From assembly GCA_041686025.1 (NCBI GenBank), contig JAWLEP010000056.1, forward strand, positions 1-15,595: a stretch of 15,595 nucleotides of DNA. The letters are read 5' to 3'. The DNA is from Candidatus Fermentibacteraceae bacterium. GTDB lineage: Bacteria; Fermentibacterota; Fermentibacteria; Fermentibacterales; JCC-6. A model generated the notes under the pieces. It saw only the letters and a program-made list of their open reading frames with translations, had not been told where the DNA came from and ran no database searches. Shown in pieces: positions 8,424-15,342 of the stretch. Position 1 is the first letter of the stretch; every line of letters starts with the position of its first letter. The position numbers were made by a program, and so were the translations under genes.

Positions 8424-9473
8424 ATGAGATACTTTTCAGTGATACTGGCGGCTGCGGTCTGGACTGCCTGTCCGGCGGAAGCACCCGAATCCTCAATACA
8501 GATGGAGGTCCTGTCGGAGGATACGTTTCTGCTGGATATTCGCGGCTCGGGGCCTCTCCGGCTGGACAGCCTGCACCATACCGAAACGAGCGGCCTTGCG
8601 GTGTTCGCAGGCACCTGCCCGAAGGGCAGCGGAGAGGAACTGCGCAACGAGAGATGGATCATCGGGATAGAAGAGAACGGGAACGCATCTGTAGAGCCTG
8701 TGCCATCGGCCGATGATTGCCTGCTCAGCTTCGAGGCCATCGGCGACGGCCGGCAGCAATGGATGATCAGGAGGGACGCCCGGGGAGATACCCTATGGAG
8801 GTGCCGTCTGGAGGGAACCGGGGACTTTGACAACGCCATCATGGCCATTCGCCTGTCAGATGGCGGCTATGTGGCCGTCAGCCATCCCGACTGCTGGTCC
8901 ACTGGCACCTACCTTGCCAGGATAGCGCCCGGCGGAGAGCTCGTCTGGAAGTCCTATCTCACCACCAACTACCTGCTGGACATGCCCGAGGAAGAAGGTG
9001 AGATCTATCCCAAGGTCCTTTCGGTCCGGCAGACAGCCCAGGGGGACTTTCTTGTCTGCGGCAGCGTCCAGGAATGGATTACCTCTCCCTCCGCCATGTA
9101 CGTGGCGCTTCTCGATAAGAGTACGGGAGAGCCCATATGGAAGACCGCCCGCTACCTGATGGGCGTTGCCCGGGCCTGTGACATAACCGTGACCGCATCG
9201 GGAGGAATAGTGGCGGTGGGCTCCACGGCCGAGGCGGTATATCCGGAAGATGGACCCCATGTGGCCCAATGGGGAGAACCAAGTCCCTTCGTGGCCCTGC
9301 TCGATCCCAGTGGCGAGATGCCGGCAACCCGCATCTTCGATTCATCTGCCCTCGCCGCCTACACCGGCGTGCTGGAATCCGACCCGGAGACCGGTGAGCT
9401 GGTAATCCTGGGGAGAGCTTCCTCGCCAGACCCGGGAGATTTCAAAGTTCTCCGCGCTCTATTGGGCTTCTGA
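8424..9473 (+). CDS. Secreted or lipid-anchored hypothetical protein, probable beta-propeller repeats
   Basis: ATG 8424 opens a signal-peptide-like MRYFSVILAAAVWTAC. Repeated blade-like units: RDARGDTLW/SDGGYVAV, IAPGGELVW/AQGDFLVCGS, LDKSTGEPIW/ASGGIVAVGS, LDPSGE. Confidence 0.7.
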   Translation: MRYFSVILAAAVWTACPAEAPESSIQMEVLSEDTFLLDIRGSGPLRLDSLHHTETSGLAVFAGTCPKGSGEELRNERWIIGIEENGNASVEPVPSADDCLLSFEAIGDGRQQWMIRRDARGDTLWRCRLEGTGDFDNAIMAIRLSDGGYVAVSHPDCWSTGTYLARIAPGGELVWKSYLTTNYLLDMPEEEGEIYPKVLSVRQTAQGDFLVCGSVQEWITSPSAMYVALLDKSTGEPIWKTARYLMGVARACDITVTASGGIVAVGSTAEAVYPEDGPHVAQWGEPSPFVALLDPSGEMPATRIFDSSALAAYTGVLESDPETGELVILGRASSPDPGDFKVLRALLGF

Positions 9474-9477
9474 GATT

Positions 9478-10318
9478 GCTCCGTCCGTCAATGTGGTGTA
9501 TGAACAGCTTCGGCCTCGCACTCAGGCGAGGATGATTCCTCTCGCTCAGATCCGGGTGGGTCGATTGTTGTGAGCGAGTCGGGACCCATGTACCTCCTTC
9601 CAGCAATCCAGTCCTCATGACGCTCCACCAGTACCGCCCCCACCAGGCGGATTGCCGATGCGCGATTGGGAAAGATCCCTTCACTCGCGTCCTTCTCTTG
9701 ATCTGACTGATGAGATTCTCCAAAGGGTTGTTCGTCCGGATCTTCCGCCAGTGTGCCCGAGGGAATCGAGTTGATCAGTGACGTCCTCGCAATCAGCACT
9801 CAGCTCTGCCGCACTCCCGGCACTTGACCATAATGGCGTCCAGCCAGAGAGACCTGTAAGAACCATTCAGCAGGGGCCGGTTCCGAAATGCCTCGACTTT
9901 CTCGTCAAGGTTCGCAGCCATATCCGAAACCTGGCTCTTGGATATCCCGTCTATGCCAAGGCTCTTTACGAGACGATCCACCTTGTGGGTACTGACTCCC
10001 TCTGCCCAGGCTTCGCTTATCACCTGGACCAGTGCAGCTCAGAGCAGCGACTTTGTACGTTCATCGCTCCTCTCACCCTATTCGGCACCGCACATCGAGA
10101 ATCGACCATCAGCGCCTGAAGCGTGTCCAGAAGCAGCTTCCGAAGAACATCCGTGCCTGATTCCTCGATCTTCTTGCGAATCCACTCGATATGCGTGGTA
10201 TTGTTACGGGTCATCGCATCATCTCCCTTCGCGGCAGGCAATTGTTGCCAGCTCTTGCCTAAGATGCGATGGCCCTCCTCTCAGGAAACCCCTCGTACAC
10301 CACATCAGTGAACTCTAC
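9478..10318 (-). mobile_element. IS256-family insertion sequence, internally deleted, both ends apparently retained
   Basis: Imperfect terminal inverted repeats 9478-9504 and 10292-10318 (16/27 identical, shared core TACACCACAT) enclose transposase fragments. No clean target duplication seen; exact ends uncertain. Confidence 0.85.
9488..10214 (-). pseudogene. IS256/Mutator-type transposase pseudogene
   Basis: Fragments in shifting frames: MTRNN...LLLDTLQALM; CGAE*GERSDERT; ALVQVISEAWAEGVSTHKV...ISKSQVS...FRNRPL...[67 protein letters not shown]. Stops, frameshifts and two deletions. Confidence 0.92.
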
Positions 10319-10322
10319 TGCA

Positions 10323-10371
10323 TTGGCTGATCCTAAGCTCAGGTACTAGTATCCAGCATAAACCTTGGAGG
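10323..10371 (+). promoter_or_regulatory. Putative sigma70-type promoter and RBS of the DNRLRE-like gene
   Basis: TTGGCT (10323-10328)-N18-TAGTAT (10347-10352); GGAGG at 10367-10371. Confidence 0.4.
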
Positions 10372-10377
10372 TGTGTC

Positions 10378-10992
10378 ATGTTTTCGGGAAGAGCGATCAT
10401 TCCGGCTCTGATGCTTGTTCTGCTGCCTGCGGGTTCCCCGGCCGAACAGGTAACCCTGTACCCAAGCGACGACGCGGATGTCTGGGAGTACTCCCCCGAT
10501 GATAACAGGGGCGACAAGCAGTATTTTCAGGTTGGGTGCGGCGGCTCCGGATTCCGCCGGAACTCCCTGATAAAGTTCGATGTTTCCAGCATCTCTGGTG
10601 CGGTAGTCAACAGCGCGACCATCCGCCTGATGGTGGTCCAGTCATGGGGGGATTTCCCCACCGACGAGCTATACCTGGCTCTGCACAACGACGACTGGGA
10701 GGAAATGACCGTAACATGGAACAACAGGCCTGCGTATGCCGACACAATGCCCATTGCCGCCCCTTCAGAAGAATTTGAGTGGTGGGAGATCGACGTTACG
10801 GATTGGATTCAGAGCATGGCCTACGGCATCGACCCCAACTACGGTTTTCAGATATACCAGAGCGATACGGATTACGCCGGTTTCGGTATGAGAACCAAGG
10901 AGGGTACCGTTCCGCCGGAGCTGGTTGTCGATTACTCGCAAAACAGTTTCCAGGCGGCCACCTTCGCCGGCATCAAGGCTCTGTTTCGATAG
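10378..10992 (+). CDS. Secreted DNRLRE-domain (CBM96-like) protein with short C-terminal tail
   Basis: Signal peptide; TLYPSDDADV, SLIKFDVSSI, ATIRL, DWEEMTVTWNNRP, IDVTDWIQ, NYGF, PELVVDY match the family pattern; strong GGAGG RBS. Confidence 0.82.
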   Translation: MFSGRAIIPALMLVLLPAGSPAEQVTLYPSDDADVWEYSPDDNRGDKQYFQVGCGGSGFRRNSLIKFDVSSISGAVVNSATIRLMVVQSWGDFPTDELYLALHNDDWEEMTVTWNNRPAYADTMPIAAPSEEFEWWEIDVTDWIQSMAYGIDPNYGFQIYQSDTDYAGFGMRTKEGTVPPELVVDYSQNSFQAATFAGIKALFR

Positions 10993-11338
10993 CATTCCCT
11001 TCGCGGGAGTCGCTCTTGCCGCTGAAGGCCGACGGCCCGCAATTCTCTGGCGCTATGCTCGCTCCGTTATTGAGCACTCGGCATCCAGGGCGCCGATGAG
11101 ATGAGGTGCCGCTCTCCGGGGAAGATGCCATCCAGACCGGCATGGGTATTCCATATAGAGCCAGCGTTTCATGACTCGCTCTCCGGCGACTCCTTCCCCC
11201 CTTCAACGTTCTCAACGGGATGTCCATGCCCATGCTCGCGGGCTTGGGCTTTCTCAGGGCGATAGGAACCGCAAAGACAGTTGATCTTGCACAACTCCAT
11301 TCTCAGCGGCTGAGAAGGTGGCCCGGGGCAGGTCCGAC

Positions 11339-11672
11339 TCAGTGTGCAGGAACGGAGGACTTCTCGGCCGGCTGCTCGGCCCGAGATGGCCCGTCGGATG
11401 ACTTGAGCTTCTCCATCCCTTCCTGGTAAGCCTTCATGTCCAGGTACTTCCGGCCCTCAGTCCACACCTCATCCCGCTTCACCAGCGGTTCGCCGATCAG
11501 GCGCGTGGCTGACTCCCTGTTTGGAATGATCCTTATCGCCCTCTCCAGTCGGCAGATCCCGCCTCGGCCAATCGGGCGTGTTCGATGTGCTCAGCCTGCT
11601 GCGGCATCTCCGCTGCAGAGCCATCACTGGCAGAGCGACATCAAGATGCTCCTCGGGCTGGTCTGCGGCATG
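11339..11672 (-). pseudogene. Second IS256-family transposase relic (C-terminal part only)
   Basis: AADQPEEHLDVALPVMALQRRCRSRLSTSN, a frameshift near 11560, then ICRLERAIRIIPNRESATRLIGEPLVKRDEVWTEGRKYLDM...PAH*. Matches the IS256 C-terminal pattern RLRTTN..ER...EIRRRERVIRIFPNRESA.RLIGA.L.E.DE.W..GRKYLDM. The post-frameshift part is absent from the ORF track. Confidence 0.8.
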
Positions 11673-11751
11673 GAGAGGGTTACTCTCGCATGCGCACCCC
11701 GGGGAGTTCGGAACGAACAGACTGGTAGTGTGGGCGGCTGAGGCCAATATT

Positions 11752-13002
11752 ATGCCAATGTTCATCAGCGACGCTTTCCTGGCCTTCAGAGAAACTGTAA
11801 GTCCTCAACCGGTGTTTGCCCTCGGCGTTCTTCTCGCAGGCGGCTGGCTCCTTGGAACGCTCGCCGAGAAGGCCGGGGTGCCTTCGATAACGGGCTTCAT
11901 CCTCGCCGGAATGCTGCTGGGGCCAAAGATGGCCGGAATGGTCCATTACGACCTCAATGATAAGCTGCAGACGGTAACCGGTATTGCCATCGCCGTTGTC
12001 GCGGTCCTGATCGGCACTCAGCTCAATATCCCCCGCCTCAGGAGGATAGGAAAGGCGATGGTGACGATCACCGTCTTTCAGCTCTTCGGCACCTTCCTGC
12101 TCGTCTTCGCCGCCCTGGCCGCTGTTGGAATCCTCCCCCTCCAGGCTTCGATGGTCCTTGCCGCTATAGCGACAGCCACATCTCCCACGGCAACCGTGGC
12201 CATAGTGAGGAACCTGAGGGCCAGGGGGGATTTCATCGACCATCTCTACGGAGCCATACCGCTTGACGATGCAGGGTGCATCTTCCTCTTTGCGGGCGTT
12301 GCCGCCTACTTCAGCGGTTTCGTGAGCACCGGTGCAGGCTCGGTGCCGGAGTCGGTCGTGCACTTCTCTACCGAGATAGCTGGCTCGGCGGTTCTGGGCA
12401 TTGCCGCCGGCCTTCTTGTTCGCAGGGCCGCCAGCCGGAGGGAGAGCAGCAACTCGGTCTACATCGTGAGCCTGGGGGTGGTGTGCATGATGACAGCCCT
12501 TGCAGGTGCCTTTCACCTATCGCCGCTGCTTGCAGGAATGACCGCGGGGGCGGTTGTCGCTACCTCCAGGACGCTGGGACGGAATGTCATCGAGGGACTG
12601 GAAAGGCTGTCTCCTCCGCTGTACGCCGTGTTCTTCGCCGTTGCCGGGACCGAGCTGGACCCCGGTGTGTTCGGGCACATGCCTGTAGTTGCCCTCGGGG
12701 CCATTTACATCGTCGCCAGAGCGGCCGGCAAGTACTCCGGCGTCTGGCTCGGCGCGAAGGTCGCCGGAAGCGAGGTGGGGATAAGGCGGTACCTGGGCCT
12801 TGCGATGATGCCCCATTCGGGCATAAGCGTAGGTTTGCTCCTCTACGTGCAGTCTTCCCCCGCTTTCAGGGCGATGGGCCACGGCGTCACGTCGATGGTC
12901 GTGAGCGTTGTCCTCATGTCCGTGTTCGTCAACGAGCTGGTCGGGCCGGTCCTGTCGAAGCTTGCTGTGTCGAGGGGTTCGAGTACTGAGAGGAACAGAT
13001 GA
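11752..13002 (+). CDS. Cation:proton antiporter (CPA/Na_H_Exchanger fold), copy 1
   Basis: Likely start ATG 11752 (GAGG 8 nt upstream; alternative 11758). PSITGFILAGMLLGP, ATATSPTAT, PLDDAG, FFAVAGTEL, RAAGKY, PHSGISVG, NELVGP; multiple TM segments. Confidence 0.92.
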   Translation: MPMFISDAFLAFRETVSPQPVFALGVLLAGGWLLGTLAEKAGVPSITGFILAGMLLGPKMAGMVHYDLNDKLQTVTGIAIAVVAVLIGTQLNIPRLRRIGKAMVTITVFQLFGTFLLVFAALAAVGILPLQASMVLAAIATATSPTATVAIVRNLRARGDFIDHLYGAIPLDDAGCIFLFAGVAAYFSGFVSTGAGSVPESVVHFSTEIAGSAVLGIAAGLLVRRAASRRESSNSVYIVSLGVVCMMTALAGAFHLSPLLAGMTAGAVVATSRTLGRNVIEGLERLSPPLYAVFFAVAGTELDPGVFGHMPVVALGAIYIVARAAGKYSGVWLGAKVAGSEVGIRRYLGLAMMPHSGISVGLLLYVQSSPAFRAMGHGVTSMVVSVVLMSVFVNELVGPVLSKLAVSRGSSTERNR

Positions 13003-14246
13003 CGGGCAGGGCCGCCGGTTCTCTGCTTACCGCGCTGGAGGCCTTCAGAAACGTCCTGACCGGGCAGCCGGTCTTGGGCATCGGCCTGCTCCTTGTAGGC
13101 GGATGGTTCCTCGGCCGGGCCATGTCGAAACTCGGGCTTCCGGCCATGGCGGGTTTCATAGGAGCGGGCGTGATACTCGGTCCGATGGTACTCGGTGTGG
13201 TCCATTCCGACCTTCACGATGAGCTGGGAGTCATAACGGAGGTCGCAGTGGCCCTAATTGCCGTCGTCATAGGCAGTGAGATTGCCCCGCTGAAGATTCG
13301 AGCTATGGACAGGGCCATGGCGGTCATGACGTCGGTCCGGCTTCTGGCAACGCTCCTCCTCGTGTCGGTGGCTCTACGGCTGACAGGGCTTGTGTCCTGG
13401 CCTGCTGCGCTGCTGCTGGGTGCCATCGCCGCCGCCACGGCACCGGCGACCACAGTTGCCCTGGTGAGAGACCTCAAAGCCAGGGGGAGCTTCATCGAGA
13501 GACTCTACTCGACGGTCGCGCTGGAAGACGCGGGCTGCGTGCTCCTGTTCTCGGTCACTGCGGTCTTTGCACCAGGATTTCTCCTCCGGGGGTCCTCCGG
13601 TATTCCGGAAATGCTCCTTTCGGGTCTGCTTCGGGCATCGGCTTCCATCGCAACGGGAGTCGGGTTCGGCTTCGTTATCAGCCGAGCCACCCGAAGAAGC
13701 AGGAGGGAGAACGACATATACATCATCGGTCTGGCCCTGGTGTGCCTGATGACCGCGCTAGCGAACAGCTACGGTCTGTCGCCCCTTCTGGCAGGTCTTG
13801 CCTCGGGCGCCCTCCTGGCGAACCGCAGAAGGGGGAGCAGGAGGGTCACGAACGCTCTGGAGGGAATGGCACCTCCCCTGTACGCGGCTTTCTTCGCCAT
13901 TGCGGGTACCGAGATTTCATTCCGGGGGACGGCATGGTGGGCAACGACGGCCATTCTGACGACCGCGGTTCTATCGAGGGCGGCCGGGAAGTACTTGGGC
14001 GCGGGTCTGGGAGCCGCAGCCTCGGGGGAACACCCTCTCGTCAGACGCTACATGGGGGCCGCACTGCTGCCCCAGGGAGGCGTTGCCGTCGGTCTGGCGC
14101 TCTTCCTGCAGTCCTCTCCGGAGTTCGTCTCCCTTCCGGAGGTCACCTCCATGGTAGTTTCGGTAACGCTTCTGTCGGTGATGGTGAACGAGCTGGTCGG
14201 GGCGCCGGTGTCCAGATGGGCGATCTCGAGAGGCTCCACTCTCTGA
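12999..14246 (+). CDS. Cation:proton antiporter (CPA/Na_H_Exchanger fold), copy 2
   Basis: ATGA overlap with copy 1. PAMAGFIGAGVILGP, AAATAPATT, ALEDAG, FFAIAGTEI, RAAGKY, PQGGVAVG, NELVGA. Confidence 0.92.
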   Translation: MTGRAAGSLLTALEAFRNVLTGQPVLGIGLLLVGGWFLGRAMSKLGLPAMAGFIGAGVILGPMVLGVVHSDLHDELGVITEVAVALIAVVIGSEIAPLKIRAMDRAMAVMTSVRLLATLLLVSVALRLTGLVSWPAALLLGAIAAATAPATTVALVRDLKARGSFIERLYSTVALEDAGCVLLFSVTAVFAPGFLLRGSSGIPEMLLSGLLRASASIATGVGFGFVISRATRRSRRENDIYIIGLALVCLMTALANSYGLSPLLAGLASGALLANRRRGSRRVTNALEGMAPPLYAAFFAIAGTEISFRGTAWWATTAILTTAVLSRAAGKYLGAGLGAAASGEHPLVRRYMGAALLPQGGVAVGLALFLQSSPEFVSLPEVTSMVVSVTLLSVMVNELVGAPVSRWAISRGSTL

Positions 14247-14578
14247 GGTCATACTCTGCAGACTGAGCTGCACGGCAACATCCCCCGGCAGACCCGTCTC
14301 AAGTAAGAGCTGTCAAGGCCCTGCAAACAGGGCTCGAAGGCGGAAGGCGAGCATATCTGACTCAGCTGGCCGACCAAGGCGAAGGAACCGGGAGCAGACC
14401 TGCTCAACAAAGCCACAGAATCCAAGGTCCCATGTACGCGAATTCCTTAAGGGCCAAGCAATCTTGGGCCTTATCCGCCCGTGGCCGGTCTGTTCCGCTC
14501 CAAAGAGCTGAGAACGACTAATCTGGATGAACGATGCGGCAATGAAGTATGGTCGTTTTTCCATTGTCTGCCGTGGGT

Positions 14579-15094
14579 TCAGGCGAAGAAGACCTTGCCT
14601 GAAGCCAGGCGGGTGTCCTGGCTAAGCAGCGTAACTCCCTCGGCGGTTAGTTCCGTTTCATGGGGGAAGGGGCCCGCCGTGGCAAGAACTACGGTGGCTT
14701 TGCGCATTGCATGGCCGTATTCCGCATCTTTCAGCGAGTTGGTTCCGTAGGTAACCATGTTCTGAACCGTTATGCAGCGGTCTCTTTCCGGCGGCTGGAT
14801 GTCTCCCACCCCGGCCCTTTCCCGGGTCAGGGTTTCCCCCGCGGCGGTAAGCGTATAGTCGGCCACCAGGCCGAAGCCTTCTTCAGGGCCGTTGAACTGA
14901 ACATGAAAACGGAGACAGAGCCTGTACTCCCGCCCTGGCCGGGCAACAATGCCCAGCTTCCACCTGGAGTCGGGATAGACATCCACCCCGGCCAGGGGGC
15001 GGCTCCTGATCTTCATGACAAGCCAGACAACCAGGGATGGGATCAGGATGGCTCCCAGAACGACAAATAGAACGAGCCTTTGAGACCCGGGCAT
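14579..15094 (-). CDS. Hypothetical protein with N-terminal membrane anchor and beta-rich soluble domain
   Basis: ATG 15094 (or TTG 15097). Hydrophobic LVLFVVLGAILIPSLVVWLVM followed by KIRSR; protein-like composition; candidate promoter upstream. No family recognised. Confidence 0.65.
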   Translation of the reverse strand: MPGSQRLVLFVVLGAILIPSLVVWLVMKIRSRPLAGVDVYPDSRWKLGIVARPGREYRLCLRFHVQFNGPEEGFGLVADYTLTAAGETLTRERAGVGDIQPPERDRCITVQNMVTYGTNSLKDAEYGHAMRKATVVLATAGPFPHETELTAEGVTLLSQDTRLASGKVFFA

Positions 15095-15130
15095 CAAACA
15101 GCCCCGCCCGGGCCGGAACAGTATCCGGGA

Positions 15131-15174
15131 CCAGTTGTCAGCTTCATACTACAAGGCCTCTCCAGTTGTGACAC
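15131..15174 (-). promoter_or_regulatory. Putative promoter with 8-bp direct repeats
   Basis: Minus strand GTGTCA (15174-15169)-N17-TAGTAT (15151-15146). ccagttgt occurs at 15131-15138 and 15162-15169. Confidence 0.4.
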
Positions 15175-15342
15175 CACGGTGAATATCCGCGTTCTGAAAA
15201 GGCAGAACAAGCGGACGAAAGGACGAGCTGAGCATAGCCTCTGTTGCAGGGCAGCAAGGGTACTGCATGATGGAGAGGAATACAGGTTCAGCGAAAGGAA
15301 GCTGGAGGATTCGCTGGACTGGTACACCAAATCCAACTCCAG

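Noticed and set aside
9468..10328. Target-site duplication around the first IS256 element
   Set aside because: The flanks (ttctgagatt and tgcattggct) share no exact 8-9 bp repeat.
11578..11751. N-terminal extension of antiporter copy 1
   Set aside because: It overlaps the IS256 relic, and the paralogue aligns only from about 11752.
14365..14440. c-di-GMP-I riboswitch-like words (caaagccacag...aagg)
   Set aside because: The GGCAAAC and GNRA/receptor architecture is missing, and no gene follows on that strand.
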